Below are positions 1 through 11,456 of a stretch of 64,000 nucleotides of DNA, piece after piece. Origin of the DNA: Tricharina praecox (taxonomy: Eukaryota); contig NW_026250431.1 of the NCBI RefSeq assembly GCF_024521635.1, positions 434,001 to 498,000 on the forward strand, read 5' to 3'. Below the pieces are notes generated by a model. The model had not been told where the DNA came from. It was given only the letters and a program-made list of their open reading frames with translations, and did no database searches. The position numbers were made by a program, and so were the translations under genes. Every line of letters begins with the position of its first letter. The stretch's first letter is position 1.

Positions 1-2434
1 TGTAGGTGCCACCATGGATAGAGGTGCGCTATGGTAGACGTGTTGGAAGTCATGATAAGCCGTCTGGCGTGAATCGGGCGGCGGTATGCCGGGAGGATCC
101 AGAGGTTAGTGCGGGATTGTTCGCATTACGGAAGTGGCGAGTGGATTCGAGCCTTGACTTGCCCTTCGTAAACAGGTGCCCAGGAGGTCGTTCGAGAGGT
201 ATTAGGCTTGAGGCAGCCTTCTATGGTGGATGTATTGGTAAACGCCTCTATGGGATGTAGGGCAGTACAGGTCTGGTTCTCTGGACTGCCGGAATGTCGT
301 GATGCGGATGGCATATATATACGGCCGAGGAGATCGCCATGTCCTTCTCTCCGTACTTGGTATCCGCGTATTAAGCTTCCACGATGGGTAAACAAAGGGC
401 AAAAGGTCATCTGGACTCTGAGATAGCCATTGAGTAGGTATACTAGAGGTTCAAGTTAGATCACAAATGACCGAGCTAGAACAGGTAAACAAAAGGATGC
501 GGATGAGAAAACGCTTCTGCCCTTGAATTGCTGCAAACAATGACCTCCACCGCCGCACACCTAGTTTCGGCAACTTCAGTCATTCACTATCACTAGATTC
601 AACAATGAAAGTACATAAAGCCACTCCCCCGCCAGACGGAACACAGGTCTCGAACAAAGAGTCTGATATGTACCGTGGTATCATGACGGACTGAAGCAAA
701 AGATTGAACAAAGATTCGGTATGGATTGGCGATGTAACGGAGTGAAACCAATCTCTCTTGTCCCCTTTGTTCACCTAAGTAGAGCGGATCCGGGACGGTT
801 TTGGTTGAGTGCACGGCCGGTGTCCGGCCAGTCAGCGGGTTAAAAGGCGAGGTTTCGAGTCGAGCATGGGTAGCGTAGAGAGTAGGCATGTTGGATTGGA
901 CGGGCGAGATGTGTGAGTCGAATCCACCGTTGGCGGATGGCGAATTTTTGGGGCTGGTAGTCGTATTGAGTAGTATGTAAGAAGACGTCAATACGACAAT
1001 AAATAAGCCATTGACAGCACCCAGGTTCTCTTCAGAGGACTATCCAAAAGGGTTGTTCTCCATGTCCGAGAACCCCGTAGCGATCTCATTGTCGGGAGAG
1101 CTCCCAATTGCGTCGTCCGGGGTCTAGCAAGGGAAGCAGGGTTGGCGGGTAGACGGGCCTAGAACCCGTTAATAATTGATGATCTGGGGGGGGGGAGACT
1201 GGGCGCTGCCGATAGGCGCTTTTTTGTTTTTGTTCATTCATTGATAAAACTGCCGATAGGCGCTGGGGGAGGGTTCGTTGTGATGCGGAGATGGCACAGT
1301 GAGAATGGGTACGGCGAGAATAGGCGCGGCGTGAATAGGTGCGGCGAGGATAGGTGGGTGCTAGTACACCAACTGAGCTTCATCGCTGCAGCACATTCCC
1401 TCAATCGCACCTCACCACCTAGCCGAGCAACAATCTCTTATCACCCAATAAGTCCCCAGTGCCCATGTCGACCTCACCACAGGAATTCATCACCACTGAT
1501 GTAGGTAGGCAGTTGCCGCACCGAATCCAAATGGCCCGCGTGACTGCGCCGCTACCGTCCCCGCGATAACGCTATGTCTTGTGGTGAAGCCGACATCGGG
1601 ACTTGTTGCTGGGAAGGGTGCGTTACTCGGTGATGGCGGTGATGGTGTTAGTCACTGGTAGAGTACATAAGTTGAAATGAGCATGCTTGTGTGTTTTCTG
1701 AGGGGATGCCAGCTGCTGAATCATCATTGGTCATGATAAGATAAGTTCACGTAGCTACGATCTGGATTCTGGATTTTGGATTGGATGGGAAAACCAGACC
1801 CAGAGTGTACTATGGATACCTCATCACCGAATGGCCAATGAGGCATCCTTTACAACCGTTGCTGTTGCTCAACTTCCTCCGACTGGTGAGAGCCCTGCTC
1901 GCTGACTTACTGCTCCCAGATATCTCTGCACCTCTTGACGTCCTCGACGGTGGCCTGCTTCTTCTCAAACTCCACTTTATGAAGGCCATTATACGCTGAG
2001 CGATGTGTTCACGATGTCTATTGTAGGTGGTCAAATGCGTAATTGTACAACTTTGCACCTCCATCACAACCCCCTCCTACGGGATCACCCAACCACGCCA
2101 CTCTCCTTCGGCCCGCGCCGAGCGCCTTCGGTGTATATCGGCAGCAAAGGAAAACACAACAGAAACTACTGTAATCGTACGTAAATGGAACGTGACGGTA
2201 AAGGGAAGGCATGAGACAGCACCAGGAACACCGCCAGTAAAGCAGTAAACGGCAAAACAAGCAGACATACAGAGACATAACGGAGATGACGAAATGAGGA
2301 TCATGAGTGCGGATCGTAGTAGGAAGGGAGGGAACAGATGAAAGTGTGTGCCCACAAGTAAGTATTGCCGTACTCCACTCCACGAAACCAACCGAACCAA
2401 TGCATAACGATCACCATCCCTCAAACTCGCCATA

Positions 2435-3240
2435 CTAACAACCGCAGCCGCTGTGTTCGTTCTCAAGGTGGATGTTGATTGGGTCCTGGAAGTCACCAGT
2501 GAACTCCTCATTCTCCTCCTGTGCCAGGGCATTTCTCGCAATCACTGTACCACGCATACGTCAGCATCACGTTCCGTACCAACATCTCCACCGCAGCAGG
2601 TGGCAGGACATACCCTCAAAGGCCTGCTCAACGTTGACGGCTTCTTTCGCACTAGTCTCAAAGTACGGGATGCCGCCTTTGCTCTGGCAAAACGCCATAG
2701 CGCGTTTTTGTGAGATAGCCCTCTTCCTCTCGTCGACATCGATCTTGTTTCCGAGCACGACGAACGGAAACGAGTCTGGATCCCGTGGCGATGCTTGGAT
2801 AAGAAACTCGTCGCGCCAGCTATCCAGGGTTTCGAACGACTTGGCGTTGTTGACGTCGTAAACGAGAACGCAGCAGTCGGCGCCACGGTAGAAGGCGACT
2901 CCGAGGGATTGGAAGCGCTCCTGGCCCGCTGTGTCCCATAGCTGCATCGTAACTAGGCGGTCGTCGACGAGTACTTCTTTTGTCAGGAAGTCGGCGCCGA
3001 TCGTGGCTTTGTAGCTGGCACTGAACTTTTTGTTGACCTGAACATGACTGTATGAGCTGCTGGAGCTGGCGGGAGGGATAACGGAGTGGGATTATGTACG
3101 TATTGGTTCATGAGAGAGGTCTTTCCGACGCCGCTGTCGCCGAGGATGATGACCTGTTCTGGTCAGCGTGACGCTCGGAAGATAACAGGTGGATCGAGCC
3201 AGAAGCGCACCTTGAGCATAACCTTCTTGCGTGCAGACAT
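2435..3240 (-). CDS. YPT7: Rab7/Ypt7 small GTPase (exons 3240-3211, 3153-3100, 3037-2614, 2544-2435)
   Basis: Spliced protein [50 protein letters not shown]...[21 protein letters not shown]...NKID...ETSAK...GCGC*; three GT-AG introns; CxC prenylation end. Confidence 0.98.
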
Positions 3241-4275
3241 CTTGCTGGTGTTGGTAGATTTGTAGACGTGTAGTGGTGGAGGTCGCGGTGCGTGGGGTGG
3301 TGGAAGAAGCGGAGGTCGCGAAGTCGACTAGACGGTAATGACGTGAGCTGCTGGAGCGAGATGCGTCAACGTCGCACGTAACAACGTCGCACGTAACAAC
3401 GAAGGTCGCGTGAGTTTAAACGGGCGGCGAGGGCTTTGGTGGAGCTGTAAAGAGGAAAGCGATAGAAGTTGAATGGTCGGAGAGTCGTTACGAAGGCGTT
3501 CAGTGTAGGCAGTTGTGTAGGTGGCTAGAGAGATGGGGGAGGTGGACCAGGAAGGTGGTGGCTGGGAAGCATCCTGGCGGCCATGAGCTTCATGAGCCGC
3601 ATTCGACCCCCTGACATGACTTTGCATCTTCTGTGCAGCTGCGTCATCCCTCCGTCGCGCGGCTGAATTTCAGTCACTTTGGTCAAGTTCTTGGCGGGAT
3701 TTACTCTAGCCGACTTCCGCCACCAGGGGTTTGACGCTTCGCCTTGTACCAAGGGCCATCTTATTAGTGCCAGAAGAAGCTCAATATTTATGTATTCTAT
3801 GTATAGTGTGCGGTATAAGTAGTCCATCCAAGGGATAGCCAGTTGCATGCACTATTGAACTACGGCGGTCTAATTTGTCGCGATGAACTCAAGTGTTTGC
3901 TTGATTCTTTTGGATGGGAATCAGCCAAGACCGATCGGTTAACATGGAAATGAGTATTAACCGATATTCACATGCCATCACTCAGATAAGGAACTCACTA
4001 CATCTTGGCATCTCGGCGCTTGATAAGTACCTGCACATGTTTCGGTAGACGTCTCTTCGCAAGGCGAGTATAAGCGGGCACGATAGCATACTGGTGATAC
4101 TGTTGCAAGCAAATCTAAACACCATTTCCCAATCTACGTCAATGGATAAGTCCAAGAAGCGCTCATTATAATCCGTCTACTATGGAAGCCAAGAATGGCT
4201 GAAACCTGGAAGAATCCACAGTGTATCCAGAAATCCTCTAGATGCAAGCAAGATCACCGAGTGATCTATACTGAC

Positions 4276-4380
4276 GCAGGCTTGGAAGATGCAAGCTTGG
4301 AAGATGCAAGCTTGGAAGATGCAAGCTTGGAAGATGTCAGCTTGGAAGATGTGAGCTTGGAAGATGTGAGCTTGGAAGAC
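4276..4380. repeat. 15-bp tandem repeat (gcaagcttggaagat)x7
   Basis: Directly visible; later units read gtcag/gtgag-cttggaagat. Confidence 0.95.
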
Positions 4381-5462
4381 CTATAGGATCAGATTTTGTG
4401 CTTTCTTTCCGTATATAAACCCCCTCTGTTGCTCGAATTTCTACAAGAGTTGATCCAAGAGCAACAATGCTATATTGTTAAGGCATCGACAATCAGTTTG
4501 CGAAACACTCCGGTCTCACATTATATTTTAAGGCTCAACTTTCTTCTGATGATTGTCGATGCCTTCTCTACGACGGAAAGTCGTCGGTCTTTATACCGCG
4601 ACGACTCGCCCCGCCTTCTGTCCAACTGCATGCGCACAGGAGGGGTAATACCTCGGCATTAAACAAGAGTATCTCGTAAGAGATAAGCACGATGGGTCTA
4701 GGCACTAAGTTTTAAGGGTACCGCTTCCTGAAGATCTTCGATTTCGGTGTCTCCGAGCTGAGCTCGTATGCACCCTCGAGATGGTCAGCGACTACAAACG
4801 ACGGAGCCGCGGCTTATTGGCTCAATGACTTCCGTCACCCGTGTACTTCCGGTGACTATTATCTTGCAGGTAGTATGCATCTCCTTATTACCCAATGGCC
4901 TATCCTAAGTGCCGCAGCAATCGCAGTAGAACTGGTGAAGTATATTCCTATGTATATGCAACTCGACGAGGTTTGATCCAAACTTCTCCAAAGTACTGGC
5001 GGATGACAGGCTTTGCCTCATATACCCACCGAGTACAAATTTTTTTAGTAAGGGAAACGGCAACTAGTGTGGTTTTATCATAGCGGTCACGGAGGATAAC
5101 ATGTGACAAGCTGCACGGCTTAGCTGTGAGGGTTCCAATGTGGTAGAACGCACTCCTGATCTCTACTGTGAATCCATAGCCACCCTCCACGGGGTTTTGA
5201 TGGCTACCTCGGAGAGATGAGGATTGATCATAAAAGATCACTCGTCATCAATCCGTAGATTAGTGTTGAAAAAGTGGTATTTTGAAGTAGTGTACAGTGT
5301 ACCATAGAGACGTAGCCGGAAGAAAGGCATATGTAGAGGGAGGCGGGAGTACCTCGGATAGAGGCCTCTCGCCACCTTCTCTGAGAACAGATACCGGAAG
5401 TCTCTAAACATAGAGAGTGATCTCGTATGACGCGGTGCACGGAAGTTCGTGATTTTATGACA

Positions 5463-5566
5463 ATTGGCTCGGTCCTTCCTGCTCGGTGGCTAGAGTTATT
5501 ACTTTAATGACTTCAACTGTGCGGGTTGATTGACTCTTGCAATGATTCCTGGGTGACTGCCAATAG
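5463..5566 (+). repeat. Dispersed ~100-bp TGACTC-rich repeat, copy 1
   Basis: Shares gggttgattgactcttgcaatg...tgactgccaatag with 8042-8146. Confidence 0.8.
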
Positions 5567-6423
5567 TCTAAGGTAAACGGTATCTGTTCCGGTACTATTG
5601 TATTCCCATGTGTAGGAGGTGTGTTACCAGCTCACTGGGTGTAACACTCTCCTAGATGGAACTATGCCTTTTTAAACACTCCCGCGAGACTTCCGAGCAC
5701 ACTTGTTCATCACAGGCTATGGTCCATGCATACAACTGATTGTCGTAGGTTATGTAGAGTATGTACTCCCTGGTAACTTCCATTGGTACTCCTCTCTTAA
5801 TCTCGACTGCTTTCCCGGTGGCTACACTTCCAACACATCAAGTAACCGTTTCGCCACAGTGGCCCTAACCACCGCTGCATTCCCGGCTCGCACCGACACC
5901 AACCACACTTCCCATTCGCTTGGGACCCATGGAATCTTGGACGTGCAAAAGTACGAACACCGCCCCTTTAGTAAAGTCTGCATGCCGGCGTCTGGGTATG
6001 ATACTGCGTCGTAGAAGGTCCATATACCACCTTCGACTCCGTCTGTTGTGTGAGAATTGCATAAACCTACAGCAAAGTAAGCGGATGCAATCGTCGCGGT
6101 GGATACAGCTGCTACAGCGGGGACTTACTGTTCTCTGTCCATCCGTCGACTCAGACGATTCTCCCTCGCCAAAACCTCAACCCTCTGATGAAAAAACTAA
6201 CAAATGGTGACGGCAACATACATGCGAACGCTCCTCGGCATCCTCCCGGTGGATAAGAATCATCTCCGCCCGGTACTGTGGTTGACGAGATGCAGCCCAC
6301 TGCTATCGGAGTAACCAACGAGATCCCATCAAAGATGCCAGTATAATATGCACGAGTGCATCATCACCACCGCAAGTAAATCCCCACCCCCAAACGCCCG
6401 CTCAAATGCTTCAATACCTATCC

Positions 6424-7605
6424 CTACGAAGAGTACGACAGCTCTACCCCCAGCACCTTAACTACGCCGCCCCTGCCCCCAAAATCCACTAACCCGCCGA
6501 CCGAGAAAAGCAGCTCCTTAAACCTACCCTCCCACAGCAGCCCGACGCTCCCGTTCCTCGTAACCTTCGCTTTCAACACCCCCTCCGCCCCCTCCTCGCC
6601 CTTCCCGCGCCACAGCTCGCAGCCGAGCACCAGGTCGCTCTCGTACGAGTACATGTTGAACTCGAACCTGGTCGCGAACGCGGTGGACTCCCCCGCAAGC
6701 AGCGCGTACGTCGCCGACAGGTGGCCCATCAGCGGATTGAGCGTCAGCGTCATCGTCAGCGGGATCCCGGGGTGCGATGGTAGCGTGGTGTATCTGAGCC
6801 CAGTGGACACTGGATCGCCTTGTCAGCGCGCCCCTCGTCCTCCCCCTCCCATCTCCGGCCCAGATCGGATCAGAAAACTTACTCCCAGCACTCTTATTCA
6901 AAACGCCATAGTACAGTTCCGCGCCGGCGCTGCACCTCCACACGGGCCTATCGCTAGCACCCTCCTCAACCGTGTCGCGGCCAAAATTATACAACCCGCG
7001 CCAGCCGAGCAGCGCCACATCCGTCGAGTACAGGTACTCGCTGCACCAGCGGCCAGTGTCGTGCTGCAGGATGCCCATGACGGAGCCGCCATGCTTCAGC
7101 TGCGAGTCGCTGACGGCGGTGACGCGGACCTGGGTGGTGGCGCCGAGGCGCCGCAGGTACAGTGCCTCGAGCGTGCCCTTGGGGAGGTACATGCGGCCGT
7201 AGAGGAGCGCGGCATTGCACGCGGCGGATGGGGGGAGCGTAGGCTGTAGCTGCCGGTAGCCGGGGGTGACGAGGCGGAGGTCGATCGCGGCGGTGGAGGC
7301 GAGGTGCAATGGCACCGTTGAGTAGATGTAGCTGAGACTACCGTCGATTACGGAGAGCGAGCCGAGGGTGTAGGACGTCGCGAAGTGCTGCGTCGCGAGC
7401 GAGGACAGGTTCATCCGCAGCCCCCGCGGGGTCGCGAAGTCGAGGAGCGCTAGTTTTCCGCGTCAGCGTGGGGAGTGCGCAGCGTGGGATGGGCGGGATG
7501 GTGCGTACCCCGTGTCGATGCATTGAGGGTCGAGTAGCTGTTGTCGGTGTTCCATCGCGTCGTGCTGTAGAACGCGTTCTGGACAAGGTCCATAAAGTTG
7601 AGCAT
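6424..7605 (-). CDS. MDM10: Mitochondrial distribution and morphology protein 10, ERMES/SAM beta-barrel (exons 7605-7509, 7449-6883, 6809-6424)
   Basis: MLNFMDLVQNAFYSTTRWNTDNSYSTLN..LLDFATPRGLRMNLSS; LLYGRMYLP; TLTLNPLMGH; RFEFNMYSYESDLVLGCELW; ends GVELSYSS; two canonical introns. Confidence 0.96.
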
Positions 7606-8041
7606 CTCTGGATTGCGGCCGGGGAGCACGCGCACTGGTGAGGGGTTGGCGGGGTCAATTGATTTACAAGGTTAACGTTGCCGCCGCGTTGGAGGCTCAA
7701 TTAGAGTAGAGTGAAGGTGCCGGATTGGCGGGATGTCGTAGCTGACAGCTCGCCAACGCAGCCATGGTAGTTACGTGTACGTCGCTACCCAACGGAGGCA
7801 AGGGAATATTGTCCGCCAGGGCAGGGGACGCTATCTCGTGCCGCTCAATGAAAGTCGGGTTTCACAGTGGTGTGGAAATGGAGGCTGTGAATGGAGTCCT
7901 CAAATCTGAGGATGGAATGGAAAAACGGAATGGGTTTCGCGAGTCAATTTGTATGGGGTGGTTTGAGGACCCGGGTGGGTTGCGAGGTTGGTTGGTTAGT
8001 TAGCAGGGGGGTGGCGGCCAAGGCGACCGGGCGTCTCGCGG

Positions 8042-8146
8042 ATTTACTCAGTCATTCCTTGCTCATTAACTAGAGCCATTCCTTCAATGACTCCACCCAT
8101 GTGGGTTGATTGACTCTTGCAATGCTTCCCGAATGACTGCCAATAG
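8042..8146 (+). repeat. Dispersed ~100-bp TGACTC-rich repeat, copy 2
   Basis: Aligns by eye with 5463-5566 and more weakly with 10470-10620. Confidence 0.8.
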
Positions 8147-8506
8147 CAACAAAGACAATCGCTTCCATAGTCTTCAGATTCCAGGAGTAATGTGTGTGTA
8201 TTCTAGCTACCTAATCGCTTGCAATCAATGATTCAACAAAAACAATGCACTCTCAATGCCAGACAATGCACTCGCTGGCAGCTGCTCCTCTGTATCGTGG
8301 TATCCCCTTTGCTGCTCGCCACTTGTGTGCAGTCGATAAGCCGACATTGCCCTTGGAAGTTCTGTAGTAGCTTTCACATTCTGTGTGAACTAAGAGTGGA
8401 TCTCGGAATCATGCAACGAACTGTGGCGGAGCGAAACGTGGGACAATTGCAGTCGACAAGTGAGTTCTTGAGCAGTGAGGGAGAATGAGGGTTAGATGTT
8501 AGCAGT

Positions 8507-8588
8507 GAATGAGAACGAGAATGAGAACAAGAATGAGAACGAGAATGAGAACGAGAACGAGAACGAGAATGAGAACGAGAATGAGAAC
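8507..8588. repeat. Hexamer microsatellite (GAGAAY)n
   Basis: gagaatgagaac array. Confidence 0.95.
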
Positions 8589-8919
8589 GGTCCGGGGCGA
8601 GGGGAGGTTTATAGTCGACGATCTCTGCAGGTCGACTGATCGGGAACGGTTTGTTGGATCCTTTGAACGGTTTGTTTACTCCAGGGACTATTCCAACGAT
8701 TTTCTGCAAGTCGACTGATTTGAGATTTGAACCGCTTCATTTGCGACTGTCTGATTGGGACCACGGAGGATCGGGATCTGTGCGACGGAACACCTCGGAA
8801 AAATGAGAATGCGAAACGCCTGTCGTCATCGCCGCGAGCAACATCGAAGAAGGGTAAACGATAGCAAAGAAGTCAGTGTGTGTCTTTTTAGTTGTCATTG
8901 AGAATCATCGAAGCCGGAG

Positions 8920-9028
8920 CTATTCGCCTACCTCGCTATTCGCCTACCTCGCAATTCATCTTCCTCGCTATTCATCCTCCTCGCTATTCATCCTCCTCGC
9001 TATTCATCCTCCTCGCCATTCATCCTCC
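8920..9028. repeat. 16-bp tandem repeat (ctattcatcctcctcg), about 7 copies
   Basis: Directly visible degenerate units. Confidence 0.9.
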
Positions 9029-10469
9029 CAACAGTCATTACTTCCCGCATGAAGACAATCTAGATTTTATTCCACTTTTCCAGATGCTCACGAGTGCCAA
9101 TCGAGGATTCCTCACTGAATTCGGTCAATTCTGCCATGCCTACCAACGTTGATGCCCACTACTAATCACGTTCTTTTCCTCTCGCCGGCAGCTCCTCCAT
9201 CACTCCGCCATAACAGTGCGTAATATGCGGCGAGTCAGGCTTAATACTGTAGGGAGGCATAGGAGGAAGATGCGTACCTGCTGCAGGAAGGAAAGGAGCT
9301 TCCGCGGCGAGGAGAGTGTGCTATCCGCGGCAGGGAGAATGTGGGAAGACCAAGGACTGACAGCCAGCACAGGACAGCAAGGACAGGTGCCTCATTCCAT
9401 TTACTCATTGAGTTTCCTCATTTTAGTGAAGCATTTCTAGCGCGCTCATTCACCTTAAAATGCCATTTTGCCTCATTACTTGTACCTAGGGAAGCTAGAT
9501 ACGGTACATACCACCCACCACCGAGCATCGATCATCTGAGCGCACCAAGGAAGGGCCGTCTACCTACTACACAATCCGATGCGCCAGTGACCCACGCCCG
9601 CCAGTCCAGAATTACCCCTCCCCTTCGACCCTCTCCCCTGTCCGACCCCGCCGCTGCTACCCTGCCTTCCTCCACATCCGTCGCTATCCTCCCGAGAAAA
9701 TCCTCAGCGTCTTCGCTGCCTTCACGTGGCATCTTATCTCTTGTCTCTACTACTGCTGCCCGGTCGTATGGGCGACCGGAGATTCCAGGTCCCGAAGACG
9801 CAACAGGACAAGGATAGGGCTCTTGCTTTCTGCACAACACTGGTGTTGGCGATGGTGTTGGCGAGCGAGGTGGTGGAGGAGGTGACGGGCCAGTAAGGCG
9901 CTGTCGTTTGGTTTCCCTTGCCTTCATTCTCTGACCTTTTCCGCTCAGCTGGGAACGTAGAGCCTAGATAGAATAGCTGATAAAATCTGTGCGCCACAGG
10001 GAGAGGGCCGCCGGGGGGATCATGCGAAAAGGGTCTGCTGCAGCTGTACAGCGTATGACCAATAGCTTTATTACTATGGCCGATGGCGGAAACCCAAACA
10101 TCACGCCCGAAAACGTGATGATTCGCATAGCCATTCACACACTCTCACTCGGCTTACTTCGAATTTTGCGGCTTGTACTTACTCTGAAAGGCGGAGGACG
10201 TGAGGAGGGAGATCTCGACGATAAAAGACGAGCCCGAGGAGGGAGGCGATGCCTGCGGGGCCGAGCAAACGTGCCCGGCAGGGTAGTGTGTAGGTATGCG
10301 GACGTCGGATCTGCTGGGTAGGAGATGAAAATGTGGGGACGTACGTTCGCTGGAGGAGAAGACTCAGAGGAAGGTTCCTGGTTCTACTTTGAGCCTGCAG
10401 CCATCCTTCTATTATGGCTACCTCGTAATGATGAGTTGCGATCACCAAATATTACTCGTTATCATTTCG

Positions 10470-10620
10470 CGGATTGACTCAGTCATTTCACGGATTAACT
10501 CAGTCATCCTAACCAATTGACTCGATCATTCCAGTCGATTGACTCTCAGACATTCCTTCCATGACTCTGGCCATGTAGGATGAAGGCCTACGGTAACGCA
10601 TTTCTGGTGACTGCCGATAA
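10470..10620 (+). repeat. Diverged third copy of the TGACTC-rich repeat
   Basis: ggattgactcagtcatt..., cattccttccatgactc, ggtgactgccgata resemble copies 1 and 2. Confidence 0.55.
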
Positions 10621-11456
10621 TCCAAGGTCAACTGCATCTATACAGATACCGAGTCCCATATGTATGAGGTAGGTATACTGACAACTCACGCAACGCAGCA
10701 CCGTATATTCACATAGCCGGCTAGTTACGTGCTCAGGCAAGAACCTGTGAATTCTAATCCCTAACGTGTAATGAATTTGCGTCATGTTTGAAGATGTGTC
10801 TGTTTGATAGATTGGAAACGAGGAGGTTCTGGTGGGGTCGGCTGTTGCCGTACAGAAATATTATATTATACTTTCCGGTGCACAGAGTTAATCGACAAGA
10901 TGCCTTTCTTGACCGCAGCCTGCGGGCACCATATCTCGAATACATTCGAAGAGGAGAGTTTCCTGCCGGCGAAACGGTGGACGCTGACTTCTACCTGCAC
11001 CGTTGCCAGGAGAGTTCTCAGTTCCTATAACCTCACTTACGTGGAGCAGAGAAGTGGGCCGGGAATTCATGGGGTTTCTGTGCATGATGGAAGAGGTGGA
11101 GCACGTGTCGGATGGCTGAGACGAACGCAGGCCATACACAGACGGAATGAACGTTACGTATGAAATACATTTGCCTTGTACTGTACTGCTATCTACTGCT
11201 GTCCAGAACAACCCAAACTGAAACCCAAAAGCAAACCAGGAACCTGGGCCGAGGACACATCGTAGTGATCGGGTAAAGTTACCACTGAGATTGCCGGTCG
11301 TTGATATACTAGAAAATCTCTACCAAACCATACTACTGGACAAGTTTATTACTGAACACGCGTAACTGCGAAAGACTAAAACTCCAGCCAGCAACCCAAG
11401 CAACCAGGGACCGAGACGAAGCCCAAAGAGCAGAAACCCAGACCAACCGAGGATGG

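Noticed and set aside
1..1130. Short minus-strand ORFs at the window start
   Set aside because: No recognisable motifs or consistent exon chain
1850..2000. Protein-like minus-strand fragment YNGLHKVEFEKKQATVEDVKRCRDIWEQ
   Set aside because: No start, splice context or family could be assigned
10788..11163. Protein-like fragment LRAPYLEYIRRGEFPAGETVDADFYLHRC
   Set aside because: Several stops and no recognisable family; probably a decayed gene piece
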